In this document: positions 1 to 14,300 of the stretch, one piece after another | How positions within the stretch are numbered: the first letter of the stretch is position 1 | How the letters are laid out: each line of letters starts with the position of its first letter | Origin: Octopus vulgaris | Lineage: Eukaryota | Length of the DNA: 64,000 nucleotides | Direction: 5' to 3' | NCBI GenBank assembly: GCA_951406725.2 | Contig: OX597819.1 | Span: 36,208,001-36,272,000 of the forward strand | The notes under the pieces: generated by a model | Told to the model about the DNA's origin: nothing | Seen by the model: only the letters and a program-made list of their open reading frames with translations | The model's database searches: none | Program-made: the position numbers and the translations under genes

Positions 1-419
1 CGTGTTTTCTTCTTTGATGACTTAATCCTGTAAGGGTCATTGGGGCAACGTACTCATACATGCCTTCTATTGGGTTCTGTCAGAAGCAACCATCTCCGAC
101 TGATCTGGCTGGATCTCCAAGTGGAACCAGCCAAGTTCATGGATGTCATCCAACCGTTTTGCATGTTGTTTACCACTGGGGCTCCTGCCAGTTGGTTTTG
201 CTTATAATACCTATCCAGCAATTCTTTCCCAAGACATTTTTAACACATGTCCATAGTATCAGAGCTGTGATCTCTCCATTTGGAGAATTAATAAACAGAA
301 GGAAGTTTTGAAGAAAACTAAGTCATAACTGACAAAAGAGAGGAAATATATAATATATATGATGGCATAAGACATGCACAGCTATGTTAGATGTATCCCA
401 ATTTCAGCAGTGCAAATTC

Positions 420-868
420 TAGCTTGCTTACCAATCACATGGTTCCGGGTTCAGTCCCACTGCGTGGCACCTTGGGCAAGTGTCTTCTACTATAGCCTCG
501 GGCCGACCAAAGCCTTGTGAGTGGATTTGGTAGACAGAAACTGAAAGAAGCCCATCGTATATGATTGATTGATTCTAGTTTCAGCTCACGAGCTGTGGCC
601 ATGCTGGGGCACCGCCATATATGTATATATATATATATGTGTGCGTGTATGTTTGTGTGTCTGTGTTTGTCCCCCTAGCATTGCTTGAAACCGATGCTGG
701 TGTGTTGATGTCTCAGTCACTTAGCGGTTAGGCAAAAGAGACCGATAGAATAAGTACTGGGCTTATAAAGAATAAGTCCCGGGGTCGAGTTGCTCGATTA
801 AAGGTGGTGCTCCAGCATGGCCGCAGTCAAATGACTGAAACAAGTAAAAGAGTAAAAGAGTAAAGAGT
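420..868 (+). mobile_element. tRNA-derived SINE family A (5'-truncated copy). Other copies at about 4330-5015(-), 8365-8743(+), 8994-9405(+), 17808-18256(-), 22962-23414(-), 25445-25984(-), 33661-34063(+), 41345-41740(-), 43065-43510(+), 58010-58400(+)
   Basis: Family A-box tggctgtgtgg (missing in this copy) and B-box ggttcagtcc, central (TA/TG)n, tail cagtcaaatgactgaaacaagtaaaagag. Confidence 0.9.
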
Positions 869-1803
869 ATCAGAGCTGTGATCTCTCCATTTGGAGAATT
901 AATAAACAGAAGGAAGTTTTGAAGAAAACTAAGTCATAACTGACAAAAGAGAGGAAATATATGCTATATATGATGACATAAGACATGCACAGCCATGTTA
1001 GATGCATCCTAGTTTCAGCAGTGCAAATTCAAGAAAAAAAATTTTTATGTATCAAAGTCCTAACTTTGCATATAGAACCCAAGGTGACATATTGAGTTAT
1101 TTTGGGGCAAAAGAAAAGAAGTGCATCTTATAGGCCATCAGATATGATATAACTTCTTAAAAATGTAACTGGGGTATCTATTTGTAAAACATTACCTCAA
1201 AAGGTTCCATCCAAATCCCACAAGTACGGAGAAACAGTAGCAAAAGAAATCTTAAGAAAATATTTGATTTATATAGCTAGTAAAAACATTTTCATACTTC
1301 CTGAAATTTGCTAACACTACTCCTAACATGCCTATGCATCCCTCTCTTTATGGATCTTTAACTGTTTGTTTTCCTATTTTTTGGCATTTAATTCTTTGTA
1401 CTGTACATGTATTTTTGGCTTTCAATGCTGTCTGTCTTACTTTACTTGACTCATTGCGCTTTCTGTCTTCCCTTTATTTCTTTCCCAACAAGCTGTAGTG
1501 CACTAAGTGCTGTATACAATAGGGTCGTTATTATTATAGAATGAATAGAACTGTTTGAGTACTGTTCTGTTTGAGAAGAGCCAATTGGGTTCACACTTTT
1601 TTAAGGGCTTAGTCAAAGGAGTGGGAGTAGTACCATTGACACTTTTTAAGGTTCCCAAGACTGGTAGGAAGAAGGAAAAAAGCTATCCTCAAACTGGAGA
1701 CCTCATCTGAATGTTTGCAATAGAGTAGACATCACTGATGGCATCCAAGGGCCTGGTGGTGATGTTACATAACACTAAGAGCAACAGCAATAAGTGACTG
1801 ACT

Positions 1804-2006
<203 letters not shown>

Positions 2007-2137
2007 CAAGTGTTGGTAAAAATATATGGCTGATACATTCATGTAACCAACACAAGAATAGAAGAAATAGATGTAGAGTATGAAGGTGATAATCAAGGAA
2101 TTAAAAAAACACAAGAAATTATTGTACAAGTTCTTAC

Positions 2138-2308
2138 TCTGTTATATTTTTCACCAAATCAAGCTTCATGTCAATAATTGTCTGTTTTGTGCAACCAGAA
2201 TCTGTGAGGGTCTTTAAATTTTCAATGTCTGCATATAATTTAACAATAGAAACCACTTGATCACCGTCTTGTACACCCTTGACAAATTTCTTGAATGCTG
2301 CCATTATT
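2138..2308 (-). CDS. RGS22-like gene exon, start of another RGS-like domain ([11 protein letters not shown]...LYADIENLK...)
   Basis: tttggtttccag acceptor, gtaaga donor, phase 2-2. Confidence 0.85.
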
Positions 2309-5300
2309 CTGGAAACCAAAAGATAAATGAAAAAGACTGTCAAACAGAGAGAAAGAGATTCAATGAAAAAAATACTTAATTTAAGTACTACTTGGTAAAA
2401 TGGTAATTTGGCAGAACTAAATAGAGTGCCTTGCAGTATTTGTTCTTGATCTATGTGCTTTGAGCTCAAATCTTGCGAAGGTCAGCTTTGTCTTCCATCC
2501 TCATAGTGTTTATAAAATACCAGTCAGGTACTGGGGCTGACTGTTTTCTTCACAGAGCTGGTAATTATTGACAAGATGGTGTCTTGTAAAAGAGAAAAAG
2601 AGAAACATTCAAAGGATGGCATCAAGAAACCACCTATGTATATTCTCCTAAAAAATTCCATGATAATTATACAATGTTTATCAAAAAAGTCACCATGTGT
2701 CTTTTGTTGATGTGACAGTGTAAAGAAGTAATACTTTGTCCGTATCAGTTACATAAGCCCTTCACTCCCTATGGAGCATAGACTATAGATGACATGTCTC
2801 CTCTGTTCTCAACCCTAGGTTGTCTTTTCCTTTGCCATTTCTTGTTGGTTTTGTATTGTCATCAATGTTTCAGTAACTTTGCTTTTTCTAGGGAGGAGGC
2901 ACGTAAAAAGCACCCACTACACTCTCGGAGTGGTTGGTGTTAGGAAGGGTACCCAGCTGTAGAAACTCTGCCAAATCAAGATTGGAGACTGGTGCAACCA
3001 TCTGGTTCGCCAGCCCTCAGTCAAAATTGTCCAACCTATGCTAGCATTGGAAAGCGGATGTTAAATGATGATGGTTGATGAGTGCGGGTGGTATGCAAAC
3101 TCATTTTTACCTCTGGGAAGTAATATTCTGGCTGGTTGAGTCTGTGATTAAGAATGTACTGCCCACTGGACTGTCCAAGGAAGGTGAGGCTTGTTTTCTG
3201 TGTACAGTCGCTGTTATGAAAGAGTGTGCATGGAGAACCAGAATACAAGGTAAGAAGTCAGGGGTCTTCATCTCCGGCCCTGGAATGCTTTACTACTTCA
3301 GGTATCACCTGAAAAGCAAGATTGGGCTGGAAAGGAGACACCTGTCTAGAAGTATATATGAGAAAAGATGGAAGGACGTGGTAAGGAAGTTGGGAGTGAG
3401 TGTCCCTACTTAATCTACCATGGGGTAAAAAAAAAAGGATGTAGCCGTTGGATAGTAGACCAACAAGGAAAAAATGTAAGGAAATCAAATTTTTAATCAT
3501 ATAAATAATCTATTTTTAGCTTAATATATTTTTGTTTAAAAAAACGAACTGAAAAAAACTCGCTGAGTATTTCTTTATTAATGTTTTGTATTGTCCTATA
3601 CTGTCCTTCTGTATTAGATCTTATGATCATAATAAAGAAATGTCTCTATCCTTTGATCTGTTCAGTAAGGAAGGCTTGTGTTCAGCTGGCATAGCTTTTA
3701 GGGTCACTGAAGCATAGAAAACACCACATTCCAACAAGAACTGGACTTTGTGGTGGTGTTTATCTATTCAGATTATCTAAATTTTATTACAGAACAAAAA
3801 ACTATTATAGAAAACTTTTACTAAATGTCTTAATATATAAAATGAATGTCTTGATTGCTAATTGTGGAAGGAACCTGTGGAGGAGGTAGACCCAAGAAGA
3901 TGTGGGATGAAGTTTGTGAAATGTGATCTTCATATGTTGAGTCTCATGGAGGTGATGACGAGCGATCAGGACTTCTGACAAATTGCTGTGCTTGAGATGT
4001 GTCAAGTTAAATGAAATCATAGTCATGGCCTAGTACCAGTGATGTGCGAATGGCACCCATGCCAGTGGCACATAAAAGCCACCTGTGCTGGTAACATGCA
4101 AAAGGCATCCAGTATACTCTGCGGAGTGGTTGGCATCAGCAAGGGCATCCAACCTAGGAACCAAGCCAAAACAGATGGGAGCCTGGTGCTGCTCTCTGCT
4201 AACCATCACCAGTCAAGCAGTCTAACCCATGCCAGCATGGAAAACAGATGTTAAATGATGATACTGATTATGAATGTATGTAAATTTATATGTTCCTAGT
4301 TGTTGGTTACATTATTTCATTCAGATATTCTTTTATTCTTTTACTTGTCTCAGTCATTTGTCTGTGACCATGGTGGAACACCGCTTTTAGTCAAACAAAC
4401 TGACCCCAGAACTTATTCTTTGTAAGGCTTGTTCTTATTCTGTTGGTCTGTTTTGCTGAACCACTAAGTTACAGGGACATAAGCACACCAACGTCGGTTG
4501 TCAAGCAATGATGGGGGGACAAATACAGACACAAAAACATACACACACACACACACACATACATACATACATACATACATACATACATACATACATACAT
4601 ACATACATACATACATACATACATACATACATACATACATACATACATACATACATACATACATACATACATACATACATACATACATACATACATACAT
4701 ACATACATACATACATACATACATACATACATACATACATACATACATACATACATACATACATACATACATACATACATACATACATACATACATACAT
4801 ACATACATACATACATACATACATACATACATACATACATACATACATACATACATACAATGGGTTTCTTTCATTTTCTGTCTACCAAATCCACTCACAA
4901 GTTTTGGTCAGCTCAAGGCTATAGTAAAAGAAACTTGCCCAACGTGCCACACAGTGGGACTGAACACAGAACTATGTGGTTGGGAAGCAAACTTCTTACC
5001 ACACAGCCACACCTGTGTAGGGGTTACATCTTTTCACAAAGGGGATAAGCTATGTGAACTTTTCTGATACTTTCTATGAATCTGGGAAAGACTGGGTACT
5101 GCTGCTAGTCCCATAAATTATTTAATCACATGTTGTTAGAGATTTGGCCTTTACCAGTTAATACTATTTTTCATTCTGTTGTAAATCTACACTAAACACA
5201 GTTTAAATATATTATGTTCAAAGTAGGAGTTAGTTGTGCAAAGTGGAACTGGAAGTGTGTGCATGTTTGTATACATGAATGGATGGATGCATGTGTATAT

Positions 5301-8300
5301 ATATATATGTATGTATGCATGTGCATGTATGTGCATATTTGTGTGTGTATGTGTCTGTTTATAGTCATACTAATGTAAATTGAAGCTAAAAGCTACATTC
5401 ATGGAAATGTAAGTTAGCTACTATTCAATTAATAGAAATTAATGAAATCAATATAAGACTGAAATAAATACTGAGAGCTGTGCTCCAGCATGGCCACAGT
5501 CAAATAAGTGAAACCAGTAAATGTGATGCATATGAATGAGGACACTGGAGGGAACCAGTGGAATATGTGGACCCAGGAAGACATGGGATGAGGTGGTGAA
5601 GCACAATCTTTGAATGTTGGGCTTCACAAAGGCAAAGATAATTGATCAAGACCTTTGGAGATGTGCCATGCTTGGGAAGAGCTGTCAAGCTAAGTGAGAT
5701 CGTAGTTGTATTAAAAAACACCCTTCAGTCATTGGGTGATATGCTGTGCTTGTGAAGACCTGTCAAACCAAGTGAAATTGTAGGTATGGTGAATGCCAGT
5801 GCCATCTGACTGGCACCTATGCTGGTGGCACATAAAAAACACCATTCATGTGATGGGCTTCATGGAAGCTGTGATGTGAAGCCAAGTGGTATAGTAGTCA
5901 TGGCCCATTAAAAGCACCCTTCAATCATTGGGTGATATGCTGTGCTTGTGAAGACCTGTTGAACCAAGGGAATTGTAGTCATGGCTGATGCCAATGTCGT
6001 TTGACTGGCACCAGTGCCTGTGGAATGTAAAAAGCACCATTTGAACCATTGGTCACCTGTCACTAGAGGCAGTGACAGGAGACCAAGACCCTTGGTGATA
6101 TACTGTGCTTCTGTTGACCTGTCAAACCAAGTGAGACTGTAGTCACGGCCAATGCCAGTGTCAGGTCAGTGTGACCCTTGCCAGTGGCATGTAAAAGCAC
6201 TGACTACACTCTTGGAGTGGTAGGTGTTAGGATAGGGCATCCACCCATAGAAACGTTGCTAAATTGGACTGGAACCTGGTGCAGCCTCCCACCTTACCAG
6301 TTTTCAGTCAAACTGTCCAACCCATCCCAGCATGGAAAGCAGATATTAAACGATGATGATGGTGATGAATAAAAGAACTTAAAATCTTGGATTCCTTTCT
6401 CATGTATCTTCTGTTAACCTGTAGTATGACAACCAAATAATAACAGAATGCCCTTGTGATTGCTTTTCCCATTATTTCTACTATTCTATGCATAAATTAT
6501 TTAAAATGAGTTTCAAAATGAAAAAGGACATACACAAATATCCTTTTTAAACAAATAAATCAGAGTAATAAGTAAATTATAGTACAACTCAGTTCAGCAT
6601 ATTTAACTTCTAAGGATGACACTTGTATTTTATGGACACAATGTTAAGTATTTAAAGAAGTAACTTACGCCTTGTTATATACAAAATCTTTAAGACAAGG
6701 AATACTCGGAGAATAGTCATTGTTAGCAGCAGAATCTAAACCTTTTTCTATGATCTGAAAAAGAAATATGAATCAAATAAGCACTGGCAATGTACAAAAT
6801 CTATATATATAAAGCTGAAGTTGTCTGTGTGTAGCAGGTTTGGTAGCCTTCAACTAATACTATCTCCTCTGAGACCCTGCGGCGCAAGTTGACCGAAATT
6901 GAGAGTATGATAGAAGAAGGCTTGCTCTTCATTACATAGAAGAAAAAATTCAAATCGGACCATGTTAACACCAAAAATTATTTACATCAAAAAGGTGCCT
7001 TTTTTCTATGAAAATCCCTATTTTTTAACGATTTTTTTACTGCTGTGTCGCCATTTTTCAGTGTATTTCAACCAGAAAAATGTTCACTTAAAGAGAATAA
7101 ACAAGCTACATAATGCAAAATTTTTATTTTTCAAAAATTCCAATTGTAAAGGGTCAAAACAAACCCGAGCAATGCCGGGCGATACTGCTAGTATGGTATA
7201 AATTGATGAAGAAACATCAAACCAATGCCTTCTTTCAAGCTGGCTATGTATCATATTTAATGTATATACACCAGCAATAAGTCTGTTACTGCAGTATTCA
7301 TTCTGAGGTAATGTTTCTTATGGAAGTGCTGTATTAAAAACACGTATCTTTTCGGCTTGAATTGCAGTTTTTCTAGCAGTGTCATATGAAATTGTCACCC
7401 ATAATTATGACCCTAGTATCGATCTATTGCATTTCAATCTGTTTTAGGGTTAGGGGTGGGGGGAAGGGTATCTTTTTTTCTTCACAAATGTAAATAAACC
7501 CAATCTGTTTCTTAAACAAGGGACATATTCATACGGCACAGAATGTTTTTTACCTCAATGGATGTTAGTGATTGGTTGAAATTGCAGAAATTGAAGAAAA
7601 AAAACAACAAATATCTTACAAACTATAGAATTTTCTCAATAAAGCCAAGAGAAAAAGATGTTTTATAAACACATTCTACCAGTATACGAAGTTTAAAATT
7701 TTTAAGTTACCTAGAAATTATGTTAAAAACTGCCGTTTAAACTGAAAAGATCCAAAAACACAATAAACTTTCAGAGAGGTGAAAATCACTGCAGCAGCAG
7801 CCAATGAGAATGCCAGATGCATTTCAGGCTTTTTGTACCTTTTCGATATTGTGATCTTGCAGCCAGCCACATGCCTTGATGATAATTCATCATAGAAAGT
7901 GGCTTACTGTTGATGTATATGTATTGGTTATTTTAATTTAATGCTGCCTCAATTGTGTATACCTTTTTTCTTATCTTATTTGCAATATAATTCCTATTTT
8001 TATTTTTCTGATACTGACAGGTTTGATATAGTCGCAAATATTAATATGTATACGTTTCTTCGATGTCAGCAAATTGGCAGAACTATTTGCACCCCAGGCA
8101 AAATGCTTAGTGGCATTTCATCTATCTTTATGTTCTGAGTTCAGATTCCACCAGGGTTGACTTTATCTTTCATCCTTTCAGTGTCAATAAAGTAAATGCT
8201 GACTGATCACTGAGGTCAATGAAATTGACTGATCCCCCTCCTTTGAAATTGCTGGCCTTGTGCCAAAATTTGAAACTAATATGTAAGTTTCCTTTTTTAG

Positions 8301-8543
8301 ATCAGTTTTACAAAATAATTCAAAAGTCCCTTCAACATATCTATTTTTTATTTTGTTAAAAAATAGGTGCAGGAGTGGCTGTGTAGCAAGTAGCCTGCTT
8401 ACCAACCACATGGTTCCAGGTTCAGTCCCACGTCCCACTGCATGGCACCTTGGGCAAGTGTCTTCTACTATAGCCTTGGGCTGACCAAAGCCTTGTGAGT
8501 GGATTTGGTAGATGGAAACTGAAAGAAGCCTGTTGTATATATG

Positions 8544-8585
<42 letters not shown>

Positions 8586-10451
8586 TGTGTTTGTCCCCCC
8601 AACATTGCTTGACAACCGATACTGGTGTGTTTGTGTCCCCGTAACGTAGTGGTTCGGCAAAAGAGACCGATAGAGTAAGTACTCGACTAAAGGCAGTACT
8701 CCAGCATGGCTGCAGTCAAATGACTGAAACAAGTAAAAGAGTAATATATTTTTGATAAGCTAGGCCCTTACATTACAATAGCAGTGTGCAGGTGGCCAGT
8801 CTTTCCAGAAATAAAACTCTACATTTTTGGAGTCCTTGAATGCTTGGCATTAGTAGATTCTCACAGCAAATTCAAGTAAATAATACCAGTTACAGTACTG
8901 TCAAAAAAGAAAGGTCCAGTTAATCCTTTAGATGGTAAACTACACCATACTGTAACTTCTGGTAAATCAATATAATATTTCTCCATAATATATAGGCGTA
9001 GGCATGGCTGTGTGGTAAGTAGCTTGTTTATGAACGACATGGTTCTGGGTTCAGTCCCACTGCGTGGCACCTTGGGCAAGTGTCTTCTACTATAGCCTCA
9101 GGCTGACCAAAGCCTTGTGAGTGGATTTGGTAGATGGAAACTGAAAGAAGCCCATCGTATATATGTATATATGCATGTGTATGTGTATATGTTTGTGTGT
9201 CCGTGTTTGTCCCCCCAACATCGCTTGACAACCGATGCTGGTGTGATTACGTCCCCGTAACTTAGCGGTTTGGCAAAAGAGACCGATAGAATAAGTACTA
9301 GGATTACAAAGAATAAGTCCTGGGGTTGATGTGCTCGACTGAAAGGTGGTGCTCCAGCATGGCCACAGTCAAATGACTGAAACAAGTAAAAGAGTAAAGA
9401 GAGTAATATGCAGATTCTCAGTAGATGCAACTATGGCAGTTAATTGAGCCACTGAATCTAAATGTAGCTTCATCACTCCAAACAACCTTTGTTGGAAAGT
9501 GTGCATCTTCCACAAGTCCTGCCATGTACCACTTTTGTCTGGATCATCTTCATTGAGAGCATGGACTATTCTTGGAATGTAACTTTTCCAATGACAGTGC
9601 TTCAAAATGAAATGGATGATTGATTCCAAAATTCCTATCTCATGACTCACAGTGCAGAATTTCTTGAACTTTGGCAATATATTTCTAGTACTCTTTCTTG
9701 CTTTCTGGGGCTTATCAATGTCCTATGGTCTCCAGGAACATATTTTTTGTGTGTGGACATTCTGAACAGTTCCATCTTCTTCAAACTTATCTCACATTCA
9801 AGTGAAACTCCCACCTAAATTATCTTTGCACTTTTACAGTGTTTTCAAATTTCCAGTATTGCTTCAGGAGAAATTTCGGATTTTTTCGGTTTGAACGGCA
9901 GTTTTTAACATAATTTCTAGGTAACTAAAAAATTTTAAACTTCTTATCCTGGTAGAATGTGTTTATAAAACATCTTTTTCTCTTGGCTTTATTGAGAACA
10001 TTCTATAGTTTGTAAGATATTTGTTGTTTTTTTTTTTTCAATTTCTGCAATTTCAACCAATCAGTGACGTCTATTGAGTTAAAAAAACATTCTGTGCCGT
10101 ATGAATATGTCCCTCGTTTAAGAAACAGATTGGGTTTATTTACATTTGTGAAGAAAAAAAGATACCCTTCCACCCACCCCTAACCCTAACCCTAACTAAC
10201 CCTAACCTAAAACAGATTGAAATGCAATAGATCGATACTAGGGTCATAATTATGGGTGACAATTTCATATGACACCGCTAGAAAAAACTGCCGTTCAAAC
10301 CGAAAAGATCCGAAATTTCTGATGTTCAAAGCTTAATCTGGCTCCTTATTCTAATTAATTCTAATTGGTTAAATCTAAACAGAAATGACAATTGTGCTAT
10401 CAGTTAATGTGTGTATTTTTGATCAGAAGGGATACCTTCTATATATGTGCA

Positions 10452-10482
<31 letters not shown>

Positions 10483-11276
10483 GTGTGTGGACCCTTGTCT
10501 AGACATCATGCAATGGTTGTGAATGAGCATCATTATTATACAGGCAAGGTTGTTCATTTCCACTCTTCCATGGAAAGCATGTCTAGCTATGGGGAAATAT
10601 TAGCTTGCTTGGAAACATGTGAAGGCTGGTGACAGGAAGGGCATCTGGTCATAGAAAATTTAAACATGCAGAAAATTTAAACTAATTATTAAATGAATGT
10701 ATAGGTTTAGGTTTGAAGATGATATATTTCAGCCAAATTAAAATGAATTAATTTTACAGCGTTACTTACACGTAAAGATTTGACCGCTTTCTTGAGTTCT
10801 GCTCTTCTACGTTGTGCAGCACGTACAGATTTGATACGTTCCTTCTCTTTCACTTTATGATCGTCTAACCATGCCAGTTTACTTTTAGGTTCATTCAGGT
10901 ACCCTAAACTATGCCCCAATGTCAGGGGTTTGAAGATGTCTCTTTGAGGAATCGTTCTAAAAATAGAGAGGGCCATATGTATATTATATAAATACATACA
11001 TACATGCATGCATACATGTACACACACACACATCATACATGCATACTTATAGTGGTGGGGTATGGCTTAGTGGTTGGGGGTGTTGCACTCATGATTGTAA
11101 AATTGTGATTTTGATTCCTGGCTGAGCAATGTGTTGGGTACTTGAGCAAAATACTAAATTTCACATTGCTCTAGTCCACTCAGCTAGCAAAATTGAGTAA
11201 TCCTGTGACAAATATGTTCCATCAAGGTGGAATACACACACCACAGAATCCTAGAAATTGGGAAGGACCTTTCATC

Positions 11277-11320
<44 letters not shown>

Positions 11321-14300
11321 TTGGTAAGGATTCAACAAGTAGAAAAGCAGTTGATCAGCTAAAAGAGTAAAGATAATGTTGTAATAAAAAAACACAAATG
11401 TTATAATAAAAAACACAGCATGCCAAAGTTTCCTGGTCGAAATAATAATTTATTTCGCCATTTTTCGAGCTTAGAACAAGACCGTTTGTCAGTTGTCTTT
11501 GCAAAGGACGCCAAAGGAAGACAAAAAGAAAAGCACAAGGGAGATAATCAACGTTACACTAATCCAATGTCAAGCAGACGTAAACAAGATGTTAATGGTA
11601 TTACTGTCTAGTGGTCTACTTTTAAATTCCCACTAGATGTATTGGGTTATAAATAAGGTGTTTTTTAAAATACTTAGGTGATCGTTCGTCTCTAGTAGAC
11701 CTTTCCGTCGATTTCCGTAAATTTTTTTTTTTTTTTACATATGGGCTTGCGGGAACTTTTGAAGTAATATACATACATATACACATACACCGAGTAAAAA
11801 ATTTCAGTTATCTCTTTCTTTCACACATTACTCTGTCTCTTCACACACACTAACAGAAGCACTTCACTTACACAACATACTGTCTGTCTCCCACACCCCA
11901 TCAAACACACACACGCACACACATGTACATCAATGCTTCACATGCACGATAACTTCAAAAGAACTTCCTTCGTCATACAATCGCTTTCTCTAAGTCTGTT
12001 TCGCTCTCATTACTTCAAAAGTTCCCGCAAGCCCATATGTAAGAAAAAAAAAATTTTAATGGAAATCGACGGAAAGGTCTACTAGAGACGAAAGATTGCC
12101 AATACTTATTTTATTCCTCAAAAATAAGATAAGCAAAGTTCATTTTTGGTCTAAAATATACTCTCCTTCATTTTCTACAATGCTCTTCCATCTATCTGGT
12201 AGACTTGCAAGTCCCCTCTTCCAAAATTCACTTGTCCGTGACGAAAAATACTCCTCCAGTATTGTTCTGACCACGTCTGCAGAATTCATATTTTTTCCGT
12301 CCAAATGATTTGGAAGATTGCGGAATAAATGATAATCAGATGGGTTATGTCCGGCGAATATGATGGGTTGGGCATGGTTTCCCATTCAAACTGCTCGAGT
12401 CTTTGGAATGTCATCCTCGCTGTATATGGTCAAGCATTATTCTGATGGAAGAACACCTTTCGCAGTAGATCTCCGTTGTTACCGTTTGGTTTGGGTTTAA
12501 AAGTTCAAAGTGGGCTAAACTTTTCATATCCCACCAAACAGATGACAACACCTTACGTGAGTGAAGATTCTTTGGTACCAGTGTTTCTCCTTTCCCTACC
12601 CAATGTCTTCGGCGCTTGACATTTTTATAGAGAACTCATTTCTCGTCACCAGTCACTATTTGATCCAAAAAAGATTCCTTTGTGAGATGTGACAGCAAAA
12701 AAAAAAAAAAAAAAAAGCACACATTCACTCTCTGCGTGCGATTAGAATTGGAAAGCTTGCGAGGAACCCATTGACCCAATATCTGACTTTTCCGACGGCA
12801 CACAGGTTTCGGTGAATGTGTAGCCAGGCCGCGAAAATTTTTTTCCTGCATGAGTTCCGGACCTCAGAAATGAGCTCATTTGCACATAGCAAATCAGAAC
12901 AGAGTCACCTTTACCCTTTTTTCCTTACTAGTCAGCACCGTGCATGTTTTACTCTTGCCCTTGCTACTGGCAGACAGCAACTTCGTCTAGGCCAGAGGTT
13001 CTCAAACTTTTTGGGCCACCGTTCCCTTCATGGCCACATAATATCCTCAGTGGCCCACCCCTATTTTTATGTATAAATAAATATTTTACATTTTACTAAT
13101 TTATATATACTATGAATCATTTGATATTTAATATAATATATATTTTGTATACAATACAATAATAATATAATAAATTCATCGAGTTCCCAATTCACTGCCT
13201 TCCTCCCAACGCCTCCTTTTTCTCTACCGCCACCCCCACTGCCCACCTGGACCGTCTCAATGTTCACTCTGAGAATCTATAGTCTAGATTAAGGTTTGCT
13301 TCTTTTCGTCATCGAGCATTGAGATGGCTGTGAGGTGTGCTAAAAATAACAGCTAAATAAGATTTTTTTGATAAATCTTTTAAATTAAAGTTTATTTGCC
13401 AACATCTCGCTCAGAGATTCAAAACTGTTTTTCTCTTTTAAATTAGCATAAACATTTATTTACATGAAATGAAAACAGACGAGAACTTTCATCTAACTCT
13501 TCTGAATTTTTCTGTTAAAATTGTAATGTGTTTATCGCTTGTAACGTGTTGTTTATCACATTTGCATTAAACACTGGTGGCTGTAATGTGTGCTAAAAAT
13601 TACAGCTAAATAAGATTTATTTACAGGAAATAAAATTACCGGAGACATAACACGTTTTTTACAAATATTCTTTTTTACTCAAGGTACAAGGCCCAAAAAT
13701 TTTGAGGAGGGGACCAGTCGGTTAGATCGATCTCAGTACGCAACTGGTACTTAAATTTATCGAATCCGAAAGGATGAGAGGCAAAGTCGATCTCGGCGGA
13801 GTGCTATTTTCGGAATATTGACAGCAGTGTATTTATAAAGCCTTCAAGCAGTTTCCGTACTTTCATATTCGTCCAAAACATTTTCTTCAATTGCTATAGT
13901 AATTCAAATCTACCGCCAACAAGCGTATGCGTTCAGTATCGATGATATTGGCAGCTGAATGAGAACACAACACAAGATTCGGCGATCTTTCGTCTCTAGT
14001 AGACCTTTCCGTCGATTTCCGTAAATTTTTTTTTTTTTTTACATATGGGCTTGCGGGAACTTTTGAAGTAATATACATACATATACACATACACCGAGTA
14101 AAAAATTTCAGTTATCTCTTTCTTTCACACATTACTCTGTCTCTTCACACACACTAACAGAAGCACTTCACTTATACAACATACTGTCTGTCTCCCGCAC
14201 CCCATCAAACACACACACACACATATACATCAATGCTCCCATGCACGATAACTTCAAAAGAACTTCCTTCGTCATACAATCGCTTTCTCTTAGTCTGTTT

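Noticed and set aside
1196-1300. Possible further exon (cag acceptor near 1301, gtaatg donor near 1195)
   Set aside because: In-frame TAA in the required phase and no RGS-like continuation.
4464-5067. Long ORFs (MYVC/HTYI repeats); likewise poly-S/V at 1765-2055 and poly-N/I at 38944-39184
   Set aside because: Translations of microsatellites.
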